NCBI GenBank assembly: GCA_964016885.1
Contig: OZ024740.1
Span: forward strand, 148,800,001 to 148,864,000
From: Eledone cirrhosa
Lineage: Eukaryota
Reading direction: 5' to 3'
Length of the DNA: 64,000 nt
The position numbers and the translations under genes were made by a program. Below the pieces are notes generated by a model that was not told the DNA's origin, made no database searches, and was given only the letters and a program-made list of their open reading frames with translations. This document shows positions 15,079-30,655 of the stretch, piece after piece. Every line of letters begins with the position of its first letter. Positions within the stretch are counted from its first letter, which is position 1.

Positions 15079-16664
15079 TTTGAAATGTTTTGGCCAGTAT
15101 TGGCCCAGGCCATGTCTAACTTAATAGCACCACCTGGCGAAGTCTTTCAATTCAGGATTTGGGCACCGTGGCCCATTCGAGAAGAGAATTACTGTTTGCG
15201 GAGACATATCCGGGTGTGGGTGGTTTGTCCGGGATTACTTGGAGGAATTTGTCCAAAGACTTCTTGAATTTTGTGTGGTCAGTTTCTGTTTTGACGTGTC
15301 CTGGTGTGATGTTGAAGAGAGCAGGGCCGATTGAGGTGAAATAATTGTGCCGTATTGTTGTTATGAGTTGCGATTTAGATTTTTGAATGGGACGGATAGC
15401 ACGGGGCCCAAGCCTTGGGTGTATCTTGAAGGCGATGCCAACATCATTTGGGCAGTGATGATGGAACATTTTCCACATCATGCAGATAATATAACGCTCA
15501 CGGCGACGTTGGAGTGAGTAAAGTTTCAGGTTTTCCAATCGACCCCAGTAGTCAAGGTCTGACATGCCATCTATCTTTTTCGTGATTGCCCTTTGAGGAG
15601 CTTCAAGTTTCATGATACTTTGTTTCGTGTGGGGAGACCACAGTGGACAACAGTATTCAAGGTGTGGTCGGGCGAAAGTAGAGAAGAGAAGGATAATGGT
15701 GCGGGAATCTCTCGACTGGAAGGTTCTGAGGATCCAGGAACACATTCTGCGGGCCATGTCAACTTTGCTGCTTATATGCGTGGTCCAGCTTATGTTGCTG
15801 TCCACGGTTACTCCCAAGTCTCTGATGTTGTTAGATGCCACGAGAGTTTCCCCGGAGGGAAGGGAGTAACGGGAGTTTCAGAGCATCCTCTTTTCCAAAG
15901 TGGATCAGTTCGAATTTGTCTTCGTTCAGTAACATGTTGTTCTTTCTGCCCATTGGGTAACAGCCAGTAGGTCTGACTGAAGGCTTATCCGGTCATCCAC
16001 GCCATTGATGACCTTTTGGAGCTTGGAATCATCAGCGAAAATTTTAATGTTGCTGTGTTTGATGATGTCAGTGATGTCATTAATATAGATGATGAAGAGA
16101 AGTGGGCCCAACACAGTGCCTTGTGGGACTCCACTACTGACTTTGGCTGGGCTTGATTTGACTCCCTCAACTACAACATGTTGGGTTCTGTTTGACAGGA
16201 AGCTCTTGATCCACTGCAGCAGCTTTCCAGTGACACCAATATTGGACAGCTTTCTCAGTAGAATGTTATGATCAACCCTGTCAAAGGCCTTGCTGAAATC
16301 AAGGTAGATAACATCAGTGTTGGAACCCTCTCCCAAGGCTCTCAAAATGTCATCAAAGTGATGCAGTAGTTGCGTCAGGCAATCCCTTCCATTACGGAAT
16401 CCATGCTGGTTGGAGTTCAGCATATTGTTACTCTCAAGGAAGTGGGTCATTCGCGATCTCACCACTCGCTCAAATACCTTAATGATATGAGAGGTGAGTG
16501 AGATTGGACGGTAATTCACGGCAAGGGATTTGTTTCCCTTTTTGAAAACTGGGACAACAGACTGGGATAGAAGGTTTTCTGGCACATATCCAGCATCCAG
16601 TGAGTTCCGCCACAGATTGGCAAGAGGAGAAGCAAGTTGGTGTTGACACGCCTTCAAGACACAC
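15079..16664 (-). mobile_element. CR1/L2-group LINE, duplicate of 9133-10732
   Basis: Same 5' truncation point. Two compensating 1-nt indels (~15868 and ~15942) split the ORF. Confidence 0.95.
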
Positions 16665-16669
16665 ATATA

Positions 16670-16706
<37 letters not shown>

Positions 16707-16826
16707 TATATATATATATATATGATATATATATATTATATGATATATATATATATATATAGATATATATATATATATATATATGATATATATATATATA
16801 TATAGTATGAATATATATATATATAG

Positions 16827-16857
<31 letters not shown>

Positions 16858-16954
16858 ATATATATATATATATGATATTATATATTATATATGATATATA
16901 TATATATATGATATATATATATATATATGATATATATATATATATATATATATC

Positions 16955-17007
<53 letters not shown>

Positions 17008-17076
17008 TATATATATCATATATATATCATATATATATATATAATCATATATATATATATATATCATATATATCAT

Positions 17077-17127
<51 letters not shown>

Positions 17128-17293
17128 ATATCATATATATATATATATCATATAATATATATATATCATATATATATATATATATCATATAATATATATA
17201 TATATCATATATATATATATATATATCATATATATATATATATATATCATATATATATATATATATATATATCATATATATATATCTATATAT

Positions 17294-17352
<59 letters not shown>

Positions 17353-17586
17353 ATATATATATATATGATATAATATCTATATATATATATCTATATATAT
17401 AATATAATATATATCATATATATATATATATCATATATATATATATATCATATATATATTAATCATAATATATATATATATATAAATAAATATATATCAT
17501 ATAATATATATATATATATATCTATATATATATATATATATCATATATATATATATATATCATATATATATATATATCATATATAT

Positions 17587-17617
<31 letters not shown>

Positions 17618-17661
17618 CATATATATATATATATACCATATATATATATATATATATATAA

Positions 17662-17693
<32 letters not shown>

Positions 17694-17875
17694 GTATATC
17701 ATATATATATATATATATCATATATATATATATATATACCATATATATATACATATATATATATATCATATTATATATATATCATATATATATATATACC
17801 ATATATATATCATATATATATATATATCATATATATATATATACCGTATATATATCATATATATATATATATCAT

Positions 17876-17906
<31 letters not shown>

Positions 17907-17927
17907 CATATCTATATATATATATAT

Positions 17928-17968
<41 letters not shown>

Positions 17969-17977
17969 TATATAATC

Positions 17978-18047
<70 letters not shown>

Positions 18048-18066
18048 TATATATATATATATATAT

Positions 18067-18109
<43 letters not shown>

Positions 18110-18305
18110 TATATATATATATATATATATATATACCATATATATATATATATATATATACCATATATATATCATATATATATATATATATATCATATGT
18201 ATATATATATCATATGTATATATATATATCATATATATATATATATATATATCATATGTATATATATATATATATCATATGTATATATATATCATATGTA
18301 TATAT

Positions 18306-18357
<52 letters not shown>

Positions 18358-18483
18358 TATATATATATATATATATATATATCATATATATATATATATA
18401 CGTTATTCCGGGTTGAATCGGAGGTAACCACAGTAAGTAAGGTACTCAATACATTGCAGAGTATAAAAGTTTTAATATAGATG

Positions 18484-18534
18484 AGATTTTACAGGACTAG
18501 AACTGTTTCATTCTTTAGAAATCATCAGGAATCT
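18484..18534 (-). ncRNA. Hammerhead ribozyme (duplicate of 12459-12509)
   Basis: Identical core, with one stem-I mismatch next to the cleavage site. Confidence 0.7.
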
Positions 18535-18666
18535 TGGTATCAAAAAATATGTATGGTATTTCTAGATCTCTATAAGTGGTAGGAGAGGGTGGGGAGTGGG
18601 ATGGGTGTAGGTCATTGGTTGATAGAAAATTCATTAAAAGTTAATTCTACAAAGCTATGCATATAC

Positions 18667-18707
<41 letters not shown>

Positions 18708-18803
18708 TATATATAGATATACATACATATATACATATACACATATATATATATATACACACACACACATATACACACACATACAATATAAATATATATA
18801 TAT

Positions 18804-18848
<45 letters not shown>

Positions 18849-18857
18849 CATATATGC

Positions 18858-18908
<51 letters not shown>

Positions 18909-18909
18909 C

Positions 18910-18948
<39 letters not shown>

Positions 18949-19540
18949 TCTTGCTCTGAGGCTCTGTGTAATTGCCTAAATAAGGAAGCATGCCCACTTA
19001 AAAACAAATGCCTCACAAATGATATCGTATACAAATGCGATGTCATCTCAGGCACCGATAATTGCAAAAAAACTTACATCGGCATGACCTCCAACAATTT
19101 TAAGCCCCGTTGGTATGCCCATACCCACTCCTTCAGAAGACCGGACAAATCAAACCAGACAACACTCGCCTCCTATGTTTGGGACCTCAAAAGGAACTCC
19201 ACCCCTTTCACGCTTAAATGGAAAATACTGCAGAAAGCGCGCTCTTACAACGGAGGACAAAAGGGCTGCGACCTTTGTATCTCAGAGAGCTACGAAATTT
19301 TACCGCCAAGGGCCCGTAACTGAACAAACTCTCTGAACACTGCCCGAACTGCATGCACAAGAACTTTGCAACTTTCAAACACTTTAAGCCAGTGTTAAAG
19401 CCCGATGGCTAAAAAACGACGTCCCCCTGTTAGCCCCTATATCTCCTTCCCACCCTACCCCCACCCCTCCTCAACCTGAAATACGGCCACTATGGTTATG
19501 TGAATAGCTCTTACTATCTGCATTTTCTGCCCGTAGAGAT
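18949..19540 (+). mobile_element. Naiad-type PLE GIY-YIG fragment (duplicate of 13761-14345)
   Basis: Near-identical sequence and ORFs. Confidence 0.88.
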
Positions 19541-19544
19541 GTTT

Positions 19545-19867
19545 TTATATGCCTGTGTATATGCGTATATTTATTGAGTACTTATTTATTTGTATGTGTA
19601 TATATTTGTGTGTATGTGTGTATATGTATGCATATGTATGTGTATGTATATGTATGTGTGCATATATGTATGTGTATGTGTGTGTGTATATATGTATGTA
19701 TATATATATATGTGTGTATATATGTATATATATATATGTATATGTATATATATATATGTATGTGTATGTATGTGTATATATATATATATATCTATATATA
19801 TGTATGTATATGTATATATGAATTGAATGTATGTGTGTATGTATGTGTATGCATGTATGTATGTATG

Positions 19868-19900
<33 letters not shown>

Positions 19901-19955
19901 ATATATATGTGTATATGTATATATATGTATGTGTGTTTGTATGTGTGTATATATA

Positions 19956-19986
<31 letters not shown>

Positions 19987-19993
19987 ATATATG

Positions 19994-20034
<41 letters not shown>

Positions 20035-20479
20035 GTGTGTATATATGTATATATTATGTATATGTGTGTATATGTATGTGTATGTGTGTATGTGTGTATG
20101 TGTGTATGTATATGTATGTATATATGTATATGTATATATGTGTATATGTATATATATATATATATATGCGTGTGTGTATGTGTTTGTGTGGTTCTCTCTC
20201 TGTGTTTGTATTTATTTATTTATTTATTATTTATGTGTGTGTGTGTATATATATGTGTACATATGTGTGTGTGTGTGTATATATATATATATGTATGTAT
20301 ATATATATATATATATATGTATATGTATGTGTATGTGTATATATGTGTATGTGTATGTGTGTATATATGTGTGTGTATATATACATATATATATATATAT
20401 ATGAATGTATATGTGTGTGTGTATATATATGTGTGTATATATATAATATATATATGTATGCGTGTGTGTGTATATGTGT

Positions 20480-20525
<46 letters not shown>

Positions 20526-20526
20526 A

Positions 20527-20575
<49 letters not shown>

Positions 20576-20659
20576 GTATGTGTGTATATATATGTATATA
20601 TGTATGTATGTATTGTATGTGTATATGTATATATAATATATATATGTGTGTATGTGTAT

Positions 20660-20692
<33 letters not shown>

Positions 20693-20807
20693 ATATATGT
20701 ATATATATGTATGTATATTTATATGTATTTATATGTACATATGTGTATATATGTGTGTGTGTATATGTGTATATGTAGGTGTATGTATGTACGTGTGTGT
20801 GTGTATG

Positions 20808-20841
<34 letters not shown>

Positions 20842-21101
20842 TATGTATATATATATGTAAATATGTATATATATATATATATATATATATTTATTTATTT
20901 ATTATATATATATATTTATTTATTTATTTATGTATATGTAAGTGTGTATGAATGTGTGTATTTGTGTGTATGTGTATATATGTATATTATATGTGTGTAT
21001 GTATATGTATATGTATATATATGTATATATATATGTGTATATGTGTGTATGTGTATGTGTATGTATATATGTGTATATATGGTTGTGTATATGTGTGTGT
21101 T

Positions 21102-21142
<41 letters not shown>

Positions 21143-21358
21143 ATATATATATATATATATAGAGGCACATGGCTTAGTGGTTAGAGCATTGGCCTTGCAT
21201 TCGAAAGGTTGTGAGTTCAATTCTCAGATCGGGTGATATGTTGTTTCATTGAGCAAGATATATGTGTGTCTATATATATATATATATATGTGTGTGTGTG
21301 AGTGTGTGTATATATATGTATGTATGTGTGTATATATGTATATATATATATATATTCA

Positions 21359-21393
<35 letters not shown>

Positions 21394-21879
21394 TGTATAT
21401 ATGTGTATATATATATATATATGTGTGTATATGTGCATGTGTGTATGTATGTGTGTGTATATCTATATGTATATATGTGTGCGTATGTGTGTATATGTAT
21501 ACAATATATATATATATATATATGTGTATATATGTGTGTGTATATGTGTGTGTGTGTATATATATATGTATATATGTGTATATATGTGTGTGTGTATGTG
21601 TGTGTGTATATGTATATATGTATGTGTGTATATGTATATATGTATGTATTATATCTATATATATGTGTATATATATATATGTATATGTATATGCATATAC
21701 ATACATATGTGCATATATGCACACATACACACGCATATGTGTGCGCGCATATACCATGCATGTGTGTGTGTATATGTATATACATATATGTACATCTATG
21801 TGGGTATATGTATGTATGGTGTATGTGTGTATATACATGTTTGTGTGTATATATGTATATGTATATATATATGTGTGTA

Positions 21880-21910
<31 letters not shown>

Positions 21911-21920
21911 GTGTATATAT
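19545..21920. repeat. Compound (TA)n/(TG)n/(TATG)n microsatellite
   Basis: Direct inspection. Confidence 0.95.
21162..21257 (+). mobile_element. tRNA-derived SINE family B, head only
   Basis: A box TGGCTTAGTGG, B box GAGTTCAATTCT, followed by ..TTGAGCAAGA (CORE/V-like). Confidence 0.7.
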
Positions 21921-21922
21921 AT

Positions 21923-22068
21923 ATATTGTTATACTTTGGGAGGGTCATGTTGCCAACAAGAAACACGCGCACCAGTGTTATTGGCAACATGACCCTACCA
22001 AAGTATAACAATATCGGTTTCAACACACGATTTCAGATAAAGAATCTTGCTAAACAAATTCAGAAACG
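21923..22068 (+). repeat. PLE terminal fragment with 37-bp fold-back
   Basis: Inverted repeat 21923-21959/21978-22014. Sequence matches the PLE terminus at 47290-47395. Confidence 0.75.
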
Positions 22069-22164
22069 ATATATATATATATATGTATATATATATACAT
22101 TTATATATGTGTGTGTGTGTATATATATGTATATGTGTGTGTATATATATGTGTGTGTGTTTAT

Positions 22165-22525
22165 GATACCGCGCAAGTGTGTGAGTGAGTGTGTTTTGTG
22201 AATGTGTCTGTTGATTTTGGCATATAGTTGAACAGTTTAGGAGAAAATTGAAGATAATTGTAAGATAGGCACCCATATTTTGAATTTGTCTATAGAATTC
22301 TCTAAACTTTTGTCACTCAGTAAAGAATTTAGCTTTTAAAGAATCTCCTTTTCCTTTAAATCTATCTACCATGACTGACCCCCAATGATTTTATAGACAC
22401 CTGTTAGCTTAAGAGCAACTTAATAATAAGGAGTGGCATGCCATCCTGAACCTGTTTATAGAATTCTTTCTGCCTTTGTTACTCTAAAAATATAAATAAA
22501 CTATAGCTCTGTAGAATTAACTTTT
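22165..22525 (+). repeat. Inverted copy of part of the 12376-12960 repeat
   Basis: Reverse complement of ~12610-12960 with scattered substitutions. Confidence 0.85.
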
Positions 22526-22556
22526 ATATATAAAACTATATATTATATCATATTAT

Positions 22557-22598
<42 letters not shown>

Positions 22599-22996
22599 AT
22601 ATATATATATATCATATATATATATATATCATATATATATATCATTTACATATATCATATATATATATCATATATATATATCATATATAACATATATATT
22701 TATATATATGTATATATATATATATCATATATATATATATATGTATATCATATATATATATATATCATATATATATTATATATATATATATCATATATAT
22801 ATATATCATATATATATATTATATATATATATATATATGTATGTATATATCATATATATATATGTCATATATATATGTATGTATGTATATATATATGTAT
22901 ATTTATATATATATATATATATATCATATATATATATGTATGTATATATATATATAAATATGTATATATATATATATATATATATCATATATATAT

Positions 22997-23068
<72 letters not shown>

Positions 23069-23781
23069 ACTAAGATAACTAGCTAGTTACCTCCCCTTAC
23101 GCATTAATTCCCCTTAGTCATTCAGGCAATTCCGGAATCTGGACAGCATGATATATTAATTAAGAACCGACTGGATACGGTTTATGGCTTGACTATATGC
23201 TGAACCTCTGCGAATTATACGATAGACGCGTGTTCTCTATATATATATTGCGTCTCATGGATTATGTGAGTGGTGGTGTGAGCAAGGACAGTGGTACGAC
23301 CTTGCCTACGATACAATAAGGTTCATAGTATGTTGAAGGTTTTTGATATTTTGGCGTTTCCCCGCATCCGAGACTGTATATCATACAGATGTATGACAAT
23401 AAATGACTTAATAATTCAGCCTATATAATAAGATCGATTGCCTGCTTCAGCTGCCTGACCCTGCATATATCATTCTGACGCACTCTAATCATGTATAGAT
23501 AAGACACGCGTGCATGCTACACGGGAGATTGTTTCATACACTGACTTCTCGAAGCTTTCGTCTTGCTTTATCTTCATAGACTGCCAACGCTTCATGTTTA
23601 TCTTTATTTTCATTCTTATTTTCACTCTTGTTTTTATTTTATTTTATTTTTATCCTGTAACCTTTATATGTAAACTGCCATGCTATATCATTTGATGAAT
23701 GTCACCCCACTGTTGATCAATATGCGCATATGTTTTATGTGTCTCTTGGGTTGAAAAGGAGGTCAAGTATGTTATAAATAG

Positions 23782-23830
23782 TTGCTCCGAAGAATCCAAA
23801 CCTCGGTTTGGAGGAAACAATTGTAAGCAA
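23782..23830 (+). ncRNA. Minimal hammerhead ribozyme (U4C substitution) at the end of non-coding block 23068-23860
   Basis: TTGCT-CCGAAGA-A-TCCAAAC(CTCG)GTTTGGA-G-GAAA-CAATTG-TA^AGCAA, with a palindromic stem III. Confidence 0.7.
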
Positions 23831-23864
23831 ATAAATGACTTAAACTGAACTTTGATTACTGTAA

Positions 23865-23911
<47 letters not shown>

Positions 23912-24091
23912 GTATGTATATGTCATATATATATATGTCATATATATATGTATGTATATATATATATATATATCATATATATATATATGTATATATATAT
24001 ATGTATATATATATGTATGTATATATATATATGTATATATATATATGTATGTATATATATTTATATATATATATGTATATATATACGTATG

Positions 24092-24165
<74 letters not shown>

Positions 24166-24185
24166 TATATATATATATGTATATG

Positions 24186-24400
24186 GAAGGCGTGTGGCTG
24201 AGTGGTTAGAGAATTGGATTCGCAATCGTAAGGTTGTGAGTTCGATTCCTGGACCAGGCAATGCGTTATGTCCTTGAGCAAGACACTTTATTTCACGTTG
24301 CTCCTTCTACCTGGAGTTGCGACCGATAGATAGTATTAGCAATTGGAAAGACCAACGGAAACATTGTTCCCTCGGTCATTTGACGAAAGTCGATCGTTCC

Positions 24401-24402
<2 letters not shown>
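24186..24402 (+). mobile_element. tRNA-derived SINE family B (head + CORE/V-like domain + 100-bp tail)
   Basis: A box TGGCTGAGTGG, B box GAGTTCGATTCC, GTCCTTGAGCAAGACACTT. The tail matches 5481-5579. Confidence 0.75.
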
Positions 24403-24435
<33 letters not shown>

Positions 24436-24487
24436 TATATATATGTATATATATATCATATATATATGTATGTATATATACCATATA

Positions 24488-24532
<45 letters not shown>

Positions 24533-24553
24533 ATATATATATATTTATATATG

Positions 24554-24595
<42 letters not shown>

Positions 24596-24612
24596 TATAT
24601 CATATATATATG

Positions 24613-24648
<36 letters not shown>

Positions 24649-24740
24649 TATATCATATATGTATATATATATATATGTGTGTATATATATATATATATCA
24701 TATATATCATATATATATGTATGTATGTATATATATATAT

Positions 24741-25362
24741 ATATATATCATGTATCATATGTCAGGTCACCAGTCGGTGCTACTGGTAACATGTATCCTA
24801 GTACAACCTGTCTCATGGTCGGGTCGTTGGCGACTAAACTGGCAACCCCAACAAGGTTTCTTGGTGAGGAGGGTAACTTCGGACATCCTGCAGGACTAAA
24901 AACAAAACCTGTCAAAGGGCAAAGGAGCTCTTAAGAATCAATGGCCATCCAAAATCACCGGGAGATATGACACCTTAGCCTTTTTCAAGGCAGAATTCTA
25001 GGAGAAGGAAAACACCTATATAACACCTGCAACCCTGATGGTATCCAATGATGTTGACATGTTCTTCTTTTTGGAAAATATGATCATGGTTAAGAGAGTG
25101 AGACTGGCTTTGTGCAGTGCCTTTGCTCACTATAAAAGCTTCACGGCACAGGCATTGCTTTATATCTGGAGATCTCTCTGCACTTGTCGTCACATGGTAC
25201 CCTGCCCTATGTGTCAATAATTGTCTCAAGGGTAGTGTTTGTACCAGAGTTTTCAAGTCACTGGCTGGAATAAATAGTCACATTCATTCAGCGCATCGGT
25301 AGGGGTTCTCCTACATGGATATAAAGTAGTGGCCGTACTCGAAAACGAGTTGGCAGCCACCA
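24741..25362. repeat. Interspersed repeat family X (longest copy, ~620 bp)
   Basis: Four copies in the window, all inside TA arrays. No credible ORF. Confidence 0.85.
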
Positions 25363-25379
25363 TATCATATATATATATG

Positions 25380-25589
<210 letters not shown>

Positions 25590-25590
25590 C

Positions 25591-25638
<48 letters not shown>

Positions 25639-25646
25639 TATATATG

Positions 25647-25717
<71 letters not shown>

Positions 25718-25815
25718 CATATATATATATATATTATATACATATATATATATATTATATATATACATATATATATATATATTATATATATATATATATA
25801 TATATCATATATATA

Positions 25816-25847
<32 letters not shown>

Positions 25848-25857
25848 CATATATATA

Positions 25858-25889
<32 letters not shown>

Positions 25890-25899
25890 CATATATATA

Positions 25900-25933
<34 letters not shown>

Positions 25934-25937
25934 CATA

Positions 25938-25968
<31 letters not shown>

Positions 25969-25995
25969 CATATATATCATATATAGATTTATATA

Positions 25996-26026
<31 letters not shown>

Positions 26027-26053
26027 CATATATATCATATATAGATTTATATA

Positions 26054-26084
<31 letters not shown>

Positions 26085-26102
26085 CATATATATCATATAT
26101 AG

Positions 26103-26140
<38 letters not shown>

Positions 26141-26234
26141 TATATATCATATATAGATTTATGTATATATATATCATATATATCATATATAGATTTATGT
26201 ATATATATATCATATATATGTATGTATATATATC

Positions 26235-26269
<35 letters not shown>

Positions 26270-26360
26270 TCATATATATATGTATGTATATGTATATATA
26301 TATATATATATATCATATATATATATGTATATATATATATATATCATATATATATGTATG

Positions 26361-26391
<31 letters not shown>

Positions 26392-26433
26392 CATATATAT
26401 ATATGTATATTATATATCATATATATATGTATA

Positions 26434-26470
<37 letters not shown>

Positions 26471-26738
26471 TATATACATGTATATATATATATATATCAT
26501 ATATATATGTATTTATATATATATGTATATATATATCATATATGTATGTATGTATATATATATATTATATATATATATATGTAAGTATATATATATATAT
26601 ATATCATATATATATGTATGTATATATACAGTATTTTCCGTTGTGTTGTAATATAAATATTACACACAGTAGATTGACAGCTCACGTAGAGTTTGCTCGA
26701 CGGTTCCAGTTGTAGTTCCAAAAGTAATCCGGAGAAAA

Positions 26739-26958
26739 ATAGAAAGATTTGAATGGATACAGTTTAGTTGAAAGGAATTTATTGACACGTGTTTCTATAA
26801 CAGTTACATAACCTGAAAACAGCTGCTATCTACAAAGTTTTAGTTATATTTAACTAAAACTTTGTAGATAGCAGCTGCTTTCAGGTTATGTAACTTTTAT
26901 AGAAACACGTGTCAATAAATTCCTTTCAAATAAACTGTATCCATTCAAATCTTTCTAT
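26739..26958. repeat. Fold-back palindrome (108-bp arms, 4-nt loop)
   Basis: Arms 26739-26846/26851-26958 with few mismatches. The right arm has GAAACACGTGTC-AATAAA (HHR-like 3' half). Confidence 0.9.
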
Positions 26959-27291
26959 GTATGTATATATATATGTATGTATGTATATATATATATCATA
27001 TATATATATCATATATATATATGTATGTATGTATGTATATATATATATATATCATATATATATATAATATATATATGTATGTATATATATATATCATATA
27101 TATATATGTATGTATATATATATCATATATATATCATATATATATATGTATGTATATATATATCATATATATATATGTATGTATATATATATCATATATA
27201 TATGTGTATGTATATATATATCATATATATATATGTATGTATATATATATATATATGTCATATATGTATGTATATATATATGTCATATATG

Positions 27292-27368
<77 letters not shown>

Positions 27369-27450
27369 TATATGTATGTATATATATCATATGTGTATGT
27401 ATATATATCATATGTGTATGTATATATATCATATATGTATGTATATATAC

Positions 27451-27719
27451 CATTAAGGTATTTGAGAGAGTGGTGAGATCGCGAATGACCCACTTCCTTG
27501 AGAGTAACAATATGCTGAACTCCAACCAGCATGGATTCCGTAATGGAAGGGATTGCCTGACGCAGCTACTGCATCACTTTGATGACATTTCGATGTTTTC
27601 TACCTTCTCTTCTCGAATGGGCCCAAATCCTGAATTGAAAGACTTCGCCAGGTGGTGCTATTAAGTTTGAATGGCCTGGGCCAATACTGGCCAAAACATT
27701 TCAAAGTTATTCAAAGTTA
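27451..27719 (+). mobile_element. Internally deleted copy of the CR1/L2-group LINE
   Basis: [13 protein letters not shown] (27451-27588) is joined through a short filler to the family's last ~110 nt. Confidence 0.85.
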
Positions 27720-27899
27720 TATGTATGTATATATATATGTATGTATATATATATATCGTATATGTATGTATATATATATGTATGTATGTGAGGTAAAAAC
27801 GTTTTAACGTTTTAGCAAAATGTTTTTAGTCAATGGCCCTGTGTTTGTGTATGTGTGCTAAAACGCTTTTCTTTAACTGACACGTTGGGATGAGAGCGT

Positions 27900-28094
27900 C
27901 TCTGCACTTGTCGTCACATGTTACCATGGGCCCAGCACTATGTGTCAATAATTGTCACAGGTGTAGTGTTTGTACCAGAGTTTTCAAGTCACTGGCTGGA
28001 CTAAAAAGTCACACTCGTTCAGCGTATCGGTAGGGGTTCTCATACATGGATATAAAGTAGTGGCCGTACTCGAAAACGAGTTGGCAGCCACCAT
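27900..28094. repeat. Repeat family X, right-end fragment
   Basis: Matches ~50950-51146. Confidence 0.85.
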
Positions 28095-28215
28095 ATATAT
28101 ATATATATATCATATATGTATGTATATATGTATATATATATATATATATCATATATATATATGTATGTATATATCATATATATGTATCTATATATATATA
28201 TCATATATATATATG

Positions 28216-28246
<31 letters not shown>

Positions 28247-28486
28247 GTAATATATATATATGTCTGTATATATATATATATATATATATATTAATATATA
28301 TATATATCATATATGTATGTATATATTTATATATATATGTATAACATATATAGATGTATATATATATGTATGTATCTATATATATATATATATATATCAT
28401 ATATATATGTATGTATATATATATCATGTATGTATGTATATATATATCATGTATGTATGTATATATATATATATATATCATATATG

Positions 28487-28525
<39 letters not shown>

Positions 28526-28528
28526 ATG

Positions 28529-28575
<47 letters not shown>

Positions 28576-28613
28576 TATATATATATATATATATATCATA
28601 TATATATATATAT

Positions 28614-28652
<39 letters not shown>

Positions 28653-28667
28653 TATATATATATATAT

Positions 28668-28698
<31 letters not shown>

Positions 28699-29490
28699 CA
28701 TATATATATATATATATCATATATATATATCATATATATATATATATATATATATCATATATATATATATATATATATCATATATATATATATATATATA
28801 TATATCATATATATATATATATATCATATATATATATATATATATATCATATATGTATATATATATATATCATATATATATATATATATATATATCATAT
28901 ATATATATATCATATATATATATATATATATATCATATATATATATATATATAATATATATATATATTTCATATATATATATATAATATATATATGTATA
29001 TATATATATATATATAATATATATATGTATATATATATATATATAATATATATATGTATATATATATATAATATATATATGTATGTATATATATATATAT
29101 ATATATATCATATATATATATGTATATATATATATCATATAATATATATGTATATATATATATCATATATATTTGTATGTATATATACCTATATATATCA
29201 TATATATATATGTATGTATATAAATATATATATAGATCATATATATATGTATATATATAATATATATATGTATGTATATATACATATATATCATATATAT
29301 ATATGTATGTATTTAAATATATATATAGATCATATATATATGTATATATATATATATCATATATATATATATATATATCATATATATATATATATATATA
29401 TATATCATATATGTATATATATATATATCATATATATATATATATATATATCATATATATATATCATATATATATATATATCATATATAT

Positions 29491-29521
<31 letters not shown>

Positions 29522-29907
29522 TTCATATATATATATAATATATATATGTATATATATATATATATAATATATATATGTATATATATATATATATAATATA
29601 TATATGTATATATATATATATATATAAATGTATGTATATATATATATATATATATATCATATATATATGTATATATATATCATATATATATGTATATATA
29701 TATATATATATTTGTATGTATATATACCTATATATATCATATATATATGTATGTATATAAATATATATAGATATATATATATGTATATATATATAATATA
29801 TATATGTATGTATATATACATATATATATCATATATATATATGTATGTATTTAAATATATATATAGATCATATATATATGTATATATATATCATATATAT
29901 ATATATG

Positions 29908-29978
<71 letters not shown>

Positions 29979-29982
29979 TATA

Positions 29983-30043
<61 letters not shown>

Positions 30044-30073
30044 GTATATATATATATCATATATATATAATAT

Positions 30074-30158
<85 letters not shown>

Positions 30159-30177
30159 TGATATATATATAATATCA

Positions 30178-30220
<43 letters not shown>

Positions 30221-30655
30221 TATATGTATATATGTATGTATATATATATATATATATATGTATATCATATATATATGTATATCATATATATATATGTATA
30301 TCATATATATATATATATGTATATCATATATATATATGTATATCATATATATATATGTATATCATATATATATCATATATGTATATATATATATATATAT
30401 GTATATCATATATATATCATATATGTATATATATATATATATATGTATATCATATATATATATATATGTATATCATATATATATGTATGTATATATATAT
30501 CATATATATATATATGTATGTATATATATATATATATATATATCATATATATATATGTATGTATATATATATATGTATATCATATATATATATATCATAT
30601 ATATATATGTATGTATATATATATATGTATGTCATATATTTATATGTATGTATAG

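Noticed and set aside
21162-24260. tRNA genes at 21162 and 24186
   Set aside because: A/B boxes are present, but there is no full cloverleaf and they continue into a SINE domain.
24741-24850. HDV-like ribozyme at the left end of repeat X (..GCGACTAAACTGGC)
   Set aside because: P2-, P4- and J4/2-like parts are present, but I could not build P1, P3 and L3.
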